A DNA stretch of 64,000 nt, from positions 1,054,001-1,118,000 of the forward strand of contig MU004190.1 of NCBI GenBank assembly GCA_010093605.1. Direction: 5' to 3'. The notes under the pieces are model-generated. The model worked only from the letters and a program-made list of their open reading frames with translations, did not search any database and had not been told where the DNA came from. This DNA is from Lophium mytilinum (taxonomy: Eukaryota). Within the stretch, counting starts at the first letter, position 1. Every line of letters begins with the position of its first letter. Shown here one piece after another: positions 23,045 through 36,150 of this stretch. The translations under genes were made by a program, and so were the position numbers.

Positions 23045-23984
23045 GACTGAAATGGGATGCTAGGAAGAAGCATTAAGATAGAAAAAGAAGGCATGAGACA
23101 GCGGCATCGCACGGTTTATAGGCTGACAGGATCTTTTAATGCCGAAATACTGGAGATGTTCGTATGTGGCTGTTCGTCTTCCATGTCGCGATAACCGAAC
23201 ATCCAGTATATTTTTATCACTGGACCAATCAATGGAGAAACACTGGAGGAGCGGCGTGCGGAAAACGTCCTGCAGGAACAATAATCAGGACCAAGCATTT
23301 TCCTCTTTCGGCAAAGGCGCATCCTGTCAAACAGGGGACAAAATAGGTCTACATAAATAGCGCGGACGAGGATGAAACAATTTGAGTGCCTATACGCCGC
23401 GAGCTATGTGATAGGCATACAACTGCAGGGAACTGGCATCCTTCTTGCCCGAAAGTGTATGTTGTATAAGCTTTAGGTCCCCGTCAATGAGTTTGCCACC
23501 CTTGGAGTGTTTCGGGAATAAAAAGGAGCGTATGCGTTTAGCTTATCGGATCTCTTTTCTATGGAGAATTACGACCGCGACCGAAATATAGGTCCAACAT
23601 GAGTGGTGTAACATGCGATGCGCTTGCCTCGGTGGTAACGTGCATACTTAGCCTTAAAAAACCGCCCCGCCTAAGCTTCGGCCGACACGCATCGACGCAA
23701 AGTAAGCGCATAGAAAGATGGCTGTATGGATCATCGAGCTCGAACTGCTATGGGACAAAGAGTTTCTATGATGAGTGGGCTATGTGAAGGACTGTCCGCA
23801 ATGGAGTGGTAGTTGTTAAGAGACGGGAGGCAGAATATCAGGGGTTTAACCGGATATAGCAATAGCGGCTTGGCCTCATCTTCCGCTAGGTATAACTCCT
23901 GGCTGCTTTGTAATGCTAGTAAGACTGCTATTCCCATCGCAAAATGGACACGCAAAGCCCTGATCAGTCACATATTCCATTAGT

Positions 23985-25912
23985 ATGGAGAGCAAGAAAG
24001 GCGGGAGACCTTATCGTGTCCGCTTCCGCAATTCTACGTGCCCGAGTGGAGCCGTGACAGGCGCCGACTATAAGAAGTATGACTTCTTCTTCGATCCGCA
24101 CCAAGTCTGGCTCAAGACTCGAAGAACCCGTAAGCATCTTTCATTGCAGCCTTTGTGACAGCGTCTAAAGTGCGCGACTTAGTCACATTTCACGATCAGT
24201 CAAGGTCTATCTACTACGACGCGAATAATGCAGAGGAAGAGTCGGAATTCGACGTGGTCCCTGATAGGACAGAACCTGGTGCGCCTCCACCTCAAACGCA
24301 GCTCGAGCATGGTCCCAACTTCCAGGATCCCGTGTGCCGTAGGAACGAGCCCACGCGAGCCAGCCAGCAGCAGCCCCCCGCCCAGAACACCCCTACCCTG
24401 AGCACCATCACTGCTAGTACCCTTACAGGGGAAGCAGACATCAATTGTAACTCAAGCCATGATTCGTGTATGCATGTCGAAGAAAGCTCTGATGGGTTCG
24501 ACTGTGGTGTGCCATTCAGCAGATTTCCCGACTCATGCAAGTTTAACAACATGAAAGAGGCGTCCTTGTTTCGACACTACATAGAGGATCTCGCGCGTTG
24601 GGTAAGTGATTCCGGCTCTACACTAAGAACTGGTTCAAGGTTACTTTGGGGACGCTTAGTATCAAGCATAAACTAACTGACTTCAAGTTCGATGTTTGCA
24701 ACCCTCATCGACCCTTTGCATATGCTGTCCCCAGACTAGCAGCTTCGAGTCCACTACTACGGAAAGCCATTCTTGCTCACTCGGCACATCACATCAGCCG
24801 GACCACAGGATCCGATCCATCACTCCCCTTCCAGTATCTAGAGGAGTGCCTTGCGTTGCTAATCCCGGAATTAAAGAATGAGCAAGTCATGGGCGTGGAA
24901 AACAGCGCCCTCATCGCCACCATCTTTCTACGCTCATTTGGCGAATTCGAAGGTAATTCTATATGAAAAACGACTCCGATCATTTTTTAGCAGAGACTAA
25001 CTGAACTGGCATAGACATTGCTTCAGGCGAATTTCACATTTCCGGGACTTCTCTTTTCATCCAGTCTGGTGGTGGGTGCGAGTCACTTCGCCGCTCGAAC
25101 AAGCTGCGGAATGCGGCCTACTGGATTCATCTGCGCCAGGAAGTCGGCTACAGTGTCGTCGAGCAGCGAAACATCCGTGCTAACCTCAACATCTGTCCGT
25201 TTGACGCGTCGGCTGATGCCAGCAGTGACGCCGGTTGGTGCAATCGAGTAGTCTGGATTTGCGTTCAAGTCCTCCGGTGGGCATTTGGTGACAACAGTAC
25301 TGTCGAACGGCACAATGAGCTCACCGACATGATCGAAGACTGGGAGAACCGTCGGCCTCAGACTTTCGAGGCGATGATGGATCTCCGTGGGCCATTTGAT
25401 TCCGACGTATGGGACAAGGAGGTGTGGTTTACGAATGACGAGCATAGTAAGACCCCTTTCCCACGATTCCAGTATTCCGACTGAATAGCGCGAAATACAG
25501 TCGACGCTCTGCAGTACCTCCTGATTGCAAAGCTCATTCTATCGCTGCACAACCCGCATCTACCTAGGCTAGGCCTGCGCGCTCAAACAGCGTATTCGAA
25601 CTCGAAAGCCATGAACCAATTCTACGTCCGAACCATGTGCGTAGCCGCCAAATGTAGCAGCTTCGTCCCGGCAAAATTCATGGCCTGTAACGTACTCTTC
25701 GCCAGTAAGTCTAGTCTAGATCTATACTTGAGCTCAAATATCCCTTAGTTACGAATGCTGTACTGACTCGTACAGCTGGCGGCTGCTTCCACCTGAAGGC
25801 CGACCAAGAGAACGTCGTCGACTTTCTCCGCAGCTGCGAGCGCGACCATGGCTATGCAACCAAAGCCCACGTCGAGGCGCTCGAAAATATATGGGCTGCG
25901 AACTATCAATGA
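23985..25912 (+). CDS. ArcA-like fungal transcription regulator (multi-exon); no Zn2Cys6 cluster found
   Basis: Spliced reading RVRFRN...YDFFFDPHQVW, LFRHYIEDLARW|FDVCNPHRPF, SPLLRKAILAHSAHH, LRNAAYWIHLRQEV, GWCNRVVWICV; ends ...ENIWAANYQ*; start uncertain. Confidence 0.75.
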
Positions 25913-26803
25913 GATTATCCCAAAAACCACCGAAAACAGCCGTCAGAAGAGTCCCAGTGGTCGAATCGAGAGCGACAGGTCAACACACGAAAACATACCA
26001 ATATAACTTATGTCAAGCGACAACAGGCGTCGCTATATAAAGGACTCACCTTTCCATTGGGCTCAGTTGCGTTCGAAAGCATCACTCTCCGAAGCGGCTT
26101 TCGGAGTACCGAGCTCGATAGTATCATTCGGGCCCCCGCATTATAGAGAGAGCGGGCTTCACATATGCCGACATCCACCCCTCGTGTTGGACCTCAGAAT
26201 GGGTAGCTAGGCACCACGAGCCCTTTACCGCTACCTACAGATCGCCCCTCCTCATCATGCTCTCTGGAACACCGAAACTCCCATCGAGGGCCCCCAGGGC
26301 CCTTCTACACCCCTTCCAAATCCCCTCCAAATCCCGTCTGATATACGGCTTCCGGTCTCAGCCACCTATTTGAGCCTTCGAATCGGACTCGCAGCAAAAG
26401 GCTCGCAACAGACCAAAGATTTGACCCGAAGCAGCTTAAGAGACTCTATGTTCAACACTTTGGCCGGTGCCAAGAATTACCAAATCGGGAGTGAGAAGCG
26501 GGGAGGACGGGGTTCCCCCCACGATGGCAAATCCGCTTCATCCCAAAGGCAACAGCATCACCACACGAGCAACCACTTGCATCCGCACCCAAAACATTAT
26601 AGCAAATAGAAATCGATCTTCATGATTTTATACATAACCCGAAGCACCTGACTCCCATCCCCGTGCCCCCCCGCTCTCCGCTCCAAAAGCCACCTCATCA
26701 CTTTCACAGGCAGGCCACTTCCACCACCTAAAAATCATGAATAACTCTAACCAATGCATTTCAATTCACACGCAAACACAGGTCTTAACTCGGAAGCCGC
26801 CGC

Positions 26804-29134
26804 TTATAGCTCATCGTGCCCCGCATCCTCATCGCCATCGTAATCCGGCATGCCTCCCGCGCCGCCGCCATACAGCTTCGAGGTAATTGGGTAGGCGACG
26901 CTGCTGAGCTTCTCCTTCTGCTCGTCAAAGTCCTCGGCGTTGGCCGTGGCGGCGTTTTCTTCGAGCCAGTCTTGGGTTTCCTTGACGGCTTCGAGGAGCT
27001 GTGATATCGAATTAGTGTTTCTTTCTTTAATTTGTTTCTTTCTTTGATTGGCAGGGAAGGGATCAACATACATCGTTCTTGTCCTCCTCGTCGATCTTGC
27101 CACCAAGGCCCTCCTCGTCGTTGACCTGGTTCTTGAGGCTGTAGGCGTAGTTCTCGAGGCCGTTCCTGGACTCGATGCGCTCGCGGGTTGCCTTATCTTC
27201 TTCGGCGTACTTCTCGGCTTCCTCGACCATGCGCTCAATTTCCTCGGCTGAGAGGCGGCCCTTGTCGTTCGTGATGGCGATGGAGTCACCCTTGCCTGTG
27301 CCCTTGTCGACGGCGCTGACCTTGAGGACACCGTTGGCGTCGAGCTCGAATGTCACTTCGACTTGAGGAACACCACGGGGTGCAGGACTGTGGATGTATT
27401 AGTTTGAAGAATGGGTGGTAGAATATGCAAAGGCGACTTACGGAATGCCTGTGAGCTCAAATTTGCCCAACATGTTGTTGTCCTTGGTCATAGAACGCTC
27501 GCCCTCGTAGACTTGGATCAAGACCACGGGTTGGTTGTCCGCAGCGGTGGAGAAGATCTGGCTCTTCTTGGTCGGGATGGTAGTGCCGCGCTTGATCAGG
27601 TGGGTCATGACACCGCCGGTAGTCTCGATACCAAGAGTGAGCGGGTTGACATCCATGAGAACGACCTGCTTTGTGGGTATTAGCATAACTCAAAATCAAT
27701 AATGAGCAGAGTAGACACGTACATTAGCCTTGGTATCACCGGACAAGACACCACCCTGGACGGCCGCACCATAGGCAACGGCTTCATCGGGGTTGACATC
27801 CTTGCGCGCTTTCTTGCCGAAGAACTCTTCGAGCATAGCCTGGACTTTGGGGATACGGGTAGAACCACCGACAAGAACAATGTCGTCAATGTCGCTCTTC
27901 TTCATCTTCGCGTCCTTGAGAACCTGTTCGACAGGCTTAAGGGTCTTCTTGAAAAGATCGTTGTTAAGCTCTTCGAACTTAGCGCGGGTAAGGGTCTCAG
28001 AAAAGTCCTCGCCGGCGTGGAAGGACTCGATTTCGATCTTAGCGGTCTTCTGGGAAGAGAGAGTTCGCTTCGCCTTCTCGACCTCACGCTTCAGCTTGCC
28101 CATAGTCTTGGCGTCCTTGGTGATATCGACGCTCTTCTCCTTGTTGTACTTCTTGGCGAAGTACGTGATAACACGCTGATCGAAATCTTCACCACCGAGA
28201 TGGGTGTCACCAGCGGTAGCCTGGACCTCGAAGACACCGTTGTCGATGGTAAGGATGGAAACATCGAAAGTTCCTCCTCCAAGATCGTAGACGATGACTT
28301 GGCGCTCGTCCTTGTCAGTCTTGTCCAGACCATAGGCGAGAGCGGCGGCGGTAGGTTCGTTGACGACACGGAGGACGTTCAGGCCGGCAATTGTGCCAGC
28401 GTCCTTGGTAGCCGCTCGCTGAGCGTCGTTGAAGTAGGCCGGGACAGTGACAACGGCGTTAGTGACGGTCTCGCCGAGATAGTTCTCAGCAACCTCCTTC
28501 ATCTTGCCTAGAACCATAGCGCTGATCTCCTCGGGGGTGAATGTGGTCTCCTTGCCGTGGACATCGACCTTGACGCGGGGTTGACCGCCCTTGTTGACAA
28601 CGGAGAAGGGGAAGTGCTTCATATCGGCCTGGACATCCTTCTCGGAGAACTTGCGCCCGATCAATCGTTTCTGCAGAGCTGTTAGTATTGTCATTGCGAG
28701 AGAGCTTTAGAGGGGAACTCACAATATCAAAGATAGTCCGGTGGGGGTTGCTAGCGTATTGATTCTTTGCGGCGTCACCGACCAGACGTTCTTCATCTGT
28801 GAAAGCGACCCAAGACGGTGTTATCCGGTTACCTGGCCTCATTGTTAGTCTGGGTTCTTGAAATGTGTCCTTTCAAAGTAGAGTAGAGCATACCCTGATC
28901 GTTGACCATAATTTCCACCTTTCCGTTCTTCATCACACCCACACATGAGTAAGTGGTTCCCAAATCGATACCAATGACAGGTCCCTGGACCGCGTTGTTC
29001 TCTTTGATCGGTTCCTGATCATCTGCCCGTGCCGTCGAGGCGAGCATCAAGCCCGCAACGAGAACGATAACAAGGTAGAAGGCAACCGACCACGCCGAAC
29101 GCGACGAGTTGCCGCTTCTTGACCGCCTCGCCAT
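26804..29134 (-). CDS. KAR2: ER Hsp70 chaperone BiP, multi-intron
   Basis: Signal peptide, [46 protein letters not shown]-terminal HDEL. Confidence 0.98.
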
Positions 29135-31286
29135 TATGGATGTGTGTGAGAGGACTGAGGGAAAGGGCGGTAGGAGCAGTCTCTCTCGAGGAGACAGCAA
29201 AGAGAAGTGAAAGGACGAAGCCTTAAGGTTGTGTCGCCTCGGTGCACCTCTTATGCAGGAGGACGAGCAAAAGTAGAGAGAAAAGCCTCGGGTGGTGGAG
29301 AGGATTGGATGTTGAAGAGGTTGTGGGGGAAAGAGAGAACGGTGTGGGAGATGTTGCTTTAAAAGTAGCCACAGCTAAAGTTTTGGCCAGAAATCGCTTT
29401 GGAGTTCTGCCTTGTGTATTGCTTCACCGCCTGCTGTAAGGGGGAAGGCGTGGCCGTCATCCGCCACTATTTGCGACTTGCAAGCTGTCCTTTACAGGGC
29501 CCGTGGAGCGTTCCCCCTCAGCCTCACCAGTAACGATCCTGAATGTGCTACTAATTACAACTTAATCTGAGATGTCTAACAGTATCTGAAAGAACACGTG
29601 TAAGTTTGTTCGTGCTAGAATATTCTCTGATCCGAACACCATGTATCTGTACTACTTCACGTGATACGTCCCTCCTTCCTTACTATCATGCGCTATCTTG
29701 GGAGCATTCTTTGATATACCCGAATTTCTCCTTTGGAAGATCTCATTCTCAGGCACACTTCCATAGAACTCCAGATCATAGACCAACTATCTCAAAATAA
29801 CACCAACACCACCCCGCCACATTTCAGATTAGAATAGAAACTTTAAGCGCTGGTCCCTGCACCCAGCCTCCCGTGCCCCTGCCAAGCGTCTCACTCTCTC
29901 CATTCCCTCCATGTGTCCTTTTCTCAGCCCTGCACGCCTAGAAACTATCTACCCTTTTGGTTGAGACATATTAAGGCCCACCTTAATCGAACGTCGGAGA
30001 AAGAATGACTCTTCGATAGTGTCTTGCAACGTTTCCTCATGCTCGGCTGTTTGGGGCCGATAGAATCCTCTAGAAGTGGGATGGATCTGCGGTATCATTC
30101 TCGGAGCGGGAGATCTCTATGACCTAAGATTGTGTCACGGGTCGCACGCCTACGATGCTCAGTGACAGTATATAAAACTAGCTTGGGATTTATAGAGCAA
30201 TTCTCATACAAGATGCGGATCTTAGGAGCTGAAAGTTTCATACAGCTAATCCAAAAAGACGTGAACTGCAGCGGCAAGGAAAACTATAGGAAAGTGATAG
30301 AAGTATCATGTCGGTATTCGCTTCCGACTTCGTACGCTGGTCAAAAGAGTCGACCCCTCTTCCTTTGATGACGGGGTGGTCCAAGTCCCGCCATCCCTCG
30401 TCCTCTAAGTTGACCCCACCGAATAATACATAGTATTTGCAAAGAACCTGCACTTCTTACATTATGACTAGAGCACGTGTACAGAAAATCGAGTGTGCTT
30501 GAGCTCTTGCATGATACATGTAGCAGCGGGGACAACGGCAGAACCGGATTCTGAGAACCTTCCGGTCACCGTACATCAGAGAGGTCAGGTCACGCTTCAC
30601 GCAAGGCAGATCGTAGGGATGTTCTGCGTAGGTTGAAGAATGGAGAGCTGACGAGAGGAGAGCTGCGCCTAGTGACTGCATTAGTATTGGGACGCTCAGG
30701 AAGGTATGTATACGTGAAGAGTCTACTTACAGAGTTAGGTAGACAATACCATCAGGCCGAACGGTGAGATCCAATAGGTGTTGTAACGATTGTCGATGTT
30801 ACACTGTGGCAGCCCTCCAAGTTGGCTGGATCGGATGATTGTCCGCAGTTGCACTGCCCAAGGTAGCACCAATTTGAGTCCATGGAACAAAAGGAAGGGA
30901 AACCATAGATAAAGTGCAAAGGTGCTCATACTCAACCCCACACCCTAGAACCGGAAACTCTGCGAAAGGGTAGCTTTAGCAAGGAACATCCGACTGAACG
31001 TATTTAGATGTTTGGGAACGTATTGTGGACACGTATGAGAAATCTCCCTTATCACCGATGCCAGATCTCCAACGCTAAGTGCCCAAACGTATATCGCATG
31101 AGAATCTGATTCTAGGATTTTTTAGTGATCATTTCCGGAATGTACATAAGTGAGTAATCTCAGCTTGGAGACACTCAACTTTCGTACGACGGCTCTTTTT
31201 GTAGTTTGTAGCAGGGAGTGGATGGATGAATGGTTGGGTCCGCTCTGAATAGTTCTGAGTCAAACGCTGAGAGCTTTTGGCATATC

Positions 31287-32426
31287 TCAAAGCACGGTCG
31301 GGGAACGACTACTAGGGAAGCTCGAAGGATGCTTAGCTCGCATGTGGCGTTTAAGATTGTCATTGCGTCTGAAAGGAGCTGATTGGCAGTTCGCAAAAGG
31401 GCAGTTGAAGGTCTCTTGCGCGCTCTGCTCCCCGTGGCGGCTCTTCTCGTGCCGTACAAGATCTGCCCTTAGACCAAAAGGCTTCTGTTGGCAACCTGGG
31501 ATGGTGCAACGATATCTTTTATTGTGGATGCGGTGGAAGTGTTTTCTATAGCCAATGTTAGAATTGGTTCTAAAACTTTAAGATACGCTTCCTAGGTCGG
31601 CCAACGCGAGGCTCACTGGGATGCTTACCTCAGTAGGCATGGCTTCTCGAAGGCCATTCCACATTCAGAGCAACGTGAAGGCGAGACGAGTGGACATGTT
31701 CGTTGCGAGGGCGAAGCTGAAGGAGCACTGGTGGGAGGGCGGTCTTGTCGAGGGGATGCTAAAAGCTCAGCATCTAGGTTATAGCAGGTACTGGACTCGG
31801 CTGAAGGAGATGTCGACACAAACTCGGAAATGGATGAGGTAGTTGCGGCGGGAGGGGGAGTTGAGCTGCTACACGAAGAGATATCGTCTTGAACTGGCGA
31901 GTATTCTGGTCCAGTGGAAGGAGAGGACGCACAGTCCGGAAAATGGAGCCATTTGGCCCAAATGGTGGGGTTTAATTCGAACTCGACCTCAAAAGGGTCG
32001 ACATATTCGGGGAGTAGAGTACCAGAGTCAGAATTTAAATGATGGTCCTGATGGTCGCTCTGAATTGGTGGTGCGCGAAGACGTTATGTCTTCGCGCAAA
32101 GGCGCAGTTGGGGTAGATATAGAAGAGCTAGAGTCGTAGGCTGATCGAAACGGACGAAGTCCCCCTTCACCACTCGCCGTGAAGGCGTGGCTCGGGGAAT
32201 GTGACGCGAAGGCTCCGCTGCCTAGGAAGGAAGTTTCAACGATGATGGAACTTGAGATGGTGAGATTGAAGTTGAGTCGGAGATTCCGAGGCTTAAATGG
32301 AACGTGAAAGACGGAGGCATGCCGTGGGGGCGAGAACCGTGGCAGCGAATCAAACTGTCTTCCTGCAGGCGAGGGTGGTTGAGAAACGCCACAGCTGGGA
32401 GTATGCCTCATCGTGCGTGGCGGCAT
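31287..32426 (-). CDS. C2H2 zinc-finger protein with 3 C-terminal fingers; intron 31546-31628; 5' structure uncertain
   Basis: Spliced: CSECGMAFEKPCLLR|KHFHRIH, CTIPGCQQKPFGLRADLVRHEKSRH, CPFANCQSAPFRRNDNLKRHMRAKH; S/P-rich upstream; not shown intact by the ORF track. Confidence 0.75.
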
Positions 32427-32898
32427 GCCTCTCAGGCGTCATTTCGCCTTCTCTCTTCAAACATCAAGCCTTTTTGGGGGTTTTGTGTGCATCACTACAT
32501 CGATATGCAGCTTCAATGATATACGAACGGATCCTACCTAAGTATCTATCATTGTCTTGACTTGTACGAGGAGAGGGCAATCGTGAGGAGTCTCCAGCTA
32601 CGAAGCACGCGGGGCACCAAAAAGGTGGCCTTTTATTCTGCCTTCTGTACGTCTGTCTGCCCTGATAGATCTCTAGGCCATTTGCCTGCCTGAAGTTGGA
32701 CAGTAAACTATGCGGAAGCACATGGTTCAACATAACTAAAATGAAAAGTAGCTGATCACTGGCACTCGTGAAAAGAGCAGAAGCTGTAGGCATGCAAGTG
32801 TGAGATAAAAAGTCTAATTGGGCATTGGAATCATCTATGTGTCGTCAGAAGGAGTTCAATATGTACGCACAAAACACCACCCGCTCGCTCAACACGCC

Positions 32899-35800
32899 CT
32901 AATACACCTCCAACACGTATCGCTGCGCCTCCTTCAGCGTCTCAATCTCACGCCTACTATCCACCTTCTTGCCGCCCTTCCCGTGCTGAGACGCATGCTG
33001 CACCTCGATCGCCTCCTGCAGCACCTCTGTGACATCAGGCACCGGCCACGTCGGACCGCAAAGGTAGAAGCTACCCTCGTTCTTGAGATAGGCAGTGCGG
33101 ATATCGCCGAGAGTTTGTCGCATACGGTCCTGGATGTAGATCTTCTGCGGCTGGTCTCTGCTGAAGGCACGTCCCAGGAGAGTGATGATGCCGGCGTCTT
33201 GATACGCCTCCCATTCCTCACCGTAGAGGTACTCCTCGCGCTGGTGACGAGAGCCCATGTACAGTAGGAGCTCGCCGATTTCGTGGCCTTGCTGCTTCTG
33301 GTAGGCGCGTTCCTGGACGAAGGCACGGAAGGGCGCCAGACCCGTACCGAGACCGGCCATGATGATTGGTGCGGTAGTCTTGGGAGGTAGTTTCATGACG
33401 GAAGGCTTGACGGAAACGGTGACGGGCGAACCCACGGCCAGACCATTGAGGTAGCGAGTAGCCTGGCCAAAGCGATCACGGCCCTTGGGGTCGACCCAGT
33501 TGACAGTGACAATGAGAAGCGAGACCGAGGTCGGAGTGACATTTTGAGACGAAGCGATAGAGTATTCACGTCGTTTCATAGGAGTGACAATGCGCACAAT
33601 ATCGTGGAAGGCCGGGTGTGCTGATGTGAATTCGAGCAGGATGTCAGCGTAGGTGACAGTGTCGACCTCCGCGCGGCGCTTGAATTCGCCAGCACCTTCA
33701 GGGCCACCGAGAGTAAGAAGGGTTTTTCGCTCGGTTTCATCATCCGCAAATTCCGATAGCGCTTCGTAGAAGCGCTTTGGGGGCTTGCCGAAAATATCGA
33801 TGTTCTGGATGAGCGATTGATACACAGTGCGATTCTCCAGGACATTCGGGTCTTCGCGGGAGGGAACCTCGACAATCTCATCCGCGTTGAGGCCGTACCA
33901 CTTGATGAACTCCTCAACCTCGGCCTTGTCGTTTTCAGCGTGAATGCCGAGGGCTTCGCCGATCGCGTATTTGAGTCCAGATGTGCCAAGGTCGAATTCA
34001 ATGTGGAAGATGTTTCGATCATATGACTCTGGGGTGAGGCGGCGGTGCTCCTTCACAGTTGCAACAGCAGTCTTGATTCCCAGGTCTGGTCGGAGAGCCG
34101 GGGTGGTGCCGAATGCTTCTTTGAAAGCGAGGCCCTTGGCAACAATTTGCCACGATTTGAGGAGGCTGGGTGGCTCAGGCTCGATGCGGTCGAAAGAAGC
34201 GAAACTGTTGACATTGATATCTGCGGGTATATCAAGGCTTTCGACCTCTGACTCAATGGTGGCCCAGGTCTCTGGCACCTCGATCTCCCGAAGGCATGTC
34301 TGGAGATCACCAACAAGAGCGTTGATGATTTCAAAACCGCCATTCAAAGTGGCCAATTTCTCTACATCCGCGGAGAAAGTGTTCTCCCGGGCCACCTTCA
34401 AGAAAGCTAGCTGGGCGAGATAATTCTCAAGACTTGGATCCGCAGACACAGACTCTGATAGCGTGGGATCGAATACGAAAAGCTCGACGTCTCTCGAGAA
34501 AAGACCTTTTCGTAGCGTGGGGGAGAGCCTCTTCTCAACATCCTCATCTTTGAGTCCAGCGAGTTTGACAATGATAGAGCTATCCGTTTTGACACTAGCC
34601 AAGACATCAAATTCTTTCAACAAGGTCTCATCGCCTACGAAGCTTACGTCAGCCTGTTCAACTGAGTATGAAGCTTCGATCGCATAGCTCGAGTTCCGCA
34701 GGTCTGTCCGAACAGTGCCGCCGCGGACTAGGTTGTCGTGACCCGTGCGAATCAAAACGTTCGTAGACGAGTCCAACGAGAAGAGTTTCCCCACTACAAC
34801 CGGCGCGTTGACCGCAGGAGATTCGTCCAAGTGCCAGAAGCTATACTGACGCACGGTTGAGCTGTCAACGATGTCAACATATGAGGGAAGCTGGTCAGCC
34901 TCTTCCACGGGGAGATAAGTGGCCCGGAAAGCATCCAGAATGCCGCTCGGGGTCCACACCTCCTCCCTGGAGTACTTGATTTCGCTGACTCGAGTCGTTG
35001 CGTCTAGATCAGAGAACTGCACAGCGGCCAGAACATCAGAGTATAGTCGGGAGTGTTGTGCTCTGTCCAAAGTACTGGACGCATCCTCGACCTGGCCAAG
35101 AACAGAGATGTACTTTGTGGATTTGGGGAGAGCTGCCAAGAAGGCCTCCTCAACAAAAGGCCGGTACACACGGACGTTGATAGCGCCAACCTTGCAACCC
35201 TGCCTGACCAGAGCTGCAGCTACTTGAGCAGCTAGCGAGGCTTCGACAGTGCCGAACACTACCAATACTGTATCCGGAGTCTCATGGCCGTAGTATTCGA
35301 AGAGCTCGTAATCGGTACCAAACTCGTCGTTGAACGCCTTGAGTAGACGTACTGCTTGGCCTTCGTGATCGGAGTGTTTCTTCTCCGGGCCAGATGTAGC
35401 CTCGACAATGGCTTTATAATTGTTGTAAAGGCCGACTTGGTCCAAAACATCGACGACTCTTGTAGTCTCCCTTCCAACACTGATCCCATCGTAGGTGTGG
35501 ATTGTTGGAATGATAGTCGACAGCAAAGTGGCGAACAGAGCCATATGCTGGATTTCAAAGGCCGAAGTGCTCGCGACAAGACCCAATCCTAGATCATCCG
35601 CCAGGGCCAACGAAGAGACATAGTCGGTGATGAGCCCAGTAGCAGAGCTACCAGAATAATCCGCAGCCGAGATATGTGCAACCAATGGGTTTGCGACTGA
35701 GTATAGCAGCGATAGCTGATCGAGGGCAGGTCGGAGGTGGTTCAGCGTGAAGGGAGAGGCAATCACAGCCTGAGGAATGTGGCGCTTCTTCAAGTCGAAG

Positions 35801-36150
35801 TCATTGGAGAACATGTATCCCAGAGCAATTGAGCCGGCGCCGGTGCGAGTCTCCATGTATGACACGCCCGTTGCATAGCCGAATGCATTCTTCTCCTTCT
35901 GCGCCTGCCAGTGTTTCACAGCGATGTCCAGGTCAAAAGTCTCTGGAGAGTACGAGAAGATCTTGTCGGAGAGGATATAGGCGACTTGTTGCACGAGGGT
36001 CTGAGCAGTCACGTAGGTGGGGCCACTGATTGAGGACAACGAGATGTCCTGGCCAAAAGGGAGCCCTGAAGACTTCTGGGTGAAAGCCTTCGCCTTGGTG
36101 TCCTCGGGGATGGCTCCAGGGCCCGCGGATTCTGATTGTTGGAGATGCAT
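32899..36150 (-). CDS. MET10: Sulfite reductase [NADPH] flavoprotein (alpha) subunit
   Basis: PFOR-like N-terminal part plus diflavin reductase motifs RREYSIASS, MAGLGTGLAPFRAF, AFSRDQPQKIYIQD, FYLCGP, C-terminal RYVLEVY; first ATG at 36150. Confidence 0.95.
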   Translation of the reverse strand: MHLQQSESAGPGAIPEDTKAKAFTQKSSGLPFGQDISLSSISGPTYVTAQTLVQQVAYILSDKIFSYSPETFDLDIAVKHWQAQKEKNAFGYATGVSYMETRTGAGSIALGYMFSNDFDLKKRHIPQAVIASPFTLNHLRPALDQLSLLYSVANPLVAHISAADYSGSSATGLITDYVSSLALADDLGLGLVASTSAFEIQHMALFATLLSTIIPTIHTYDGISVGRETTRVVDVLDQVGLYNNYKAIVEATSGPEKKHSDHEGQAVRLLKAFNDEFGTDYELFEYYGHETPDTVLVVFGTVEASLAAQVAAALVRQGCKVGAINVRVYRPFVEEAFLAALPKSTKYISVLGQVEDASSTLDRAQHSRLYSDVLAAVQFSDLDATTRVSEIKYSREEVWTPSGILDAFRATYLPVEEADQLPSYVDIVDSSTVRQYSFWHLDESPAVNAPVVVGKLFSLDSSTNVLIRTGHDNLVRGGTVRTDLRNSSYAIEASYSVEQADVSFVGDETLLKEFDVLASVKTDSSIIVKLAGLKDEDVEKRLSPTLRKGLFSRDVELFVFDPTLSESVSADPSLENYLAQLAFLKVARENTFSADVEKLATLNGGFEIINALVGDLQTCLREIEVPETWATIESEVESLDIPADINVNSFASFDRIEPEPPSLLKSWQIVAKGLAFKEAFGTTPALRPDLGIKTAVATVKEHRRLTPESYDRNIFHIEFDLGTSGLKYAIGEALGIHAENDKAEVEEFIKWYGLNADEIVEVPSREDPNVLENRTVYQSLIQNIDIFGKPPKRFYEALSEFADDETERKTLLTLGGPEGAGEFKRRAEVDTVTYADILLEFTSAHPAFHDIVRIVTPMKRREYSIASSQNVTPTSVSLLIVTVNWVDPKGRDRFGQATRYLNGLAVGSPVTVSVKPSVMKLPPKTTAPIIMAGLGTGLAPFRAFVQERAYQKQQGHEIGELLLYMGSRHQREEYLYGEEWEAYQDAGIITLLGRAFSRDQPQKIYIQDRMRQTLGDIRTAYLKNEGSFYLCGPTWPVPDVTEVLQEAIEVQHASQHGKGGKKVDSRREIETLKEAQRYVLEVY

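Noticed and set aside
4100..26000. Accessory block as a Starship or other large transposon
   Set aside because: No tyrosine-recombinase captain, transposase or terminal repeats were recognised
27702..28511. 269-aa ORF antisense to KAR2
   Set aside because: Long antisense ORFs are a known by-product of Hsp70 codon bias
29900..31170. Several short ORFs between KAR2 and the C2H2 gene, one with CRCPRC
   Set aside because: No coherent gene model or match to the F-x6-CxxC module
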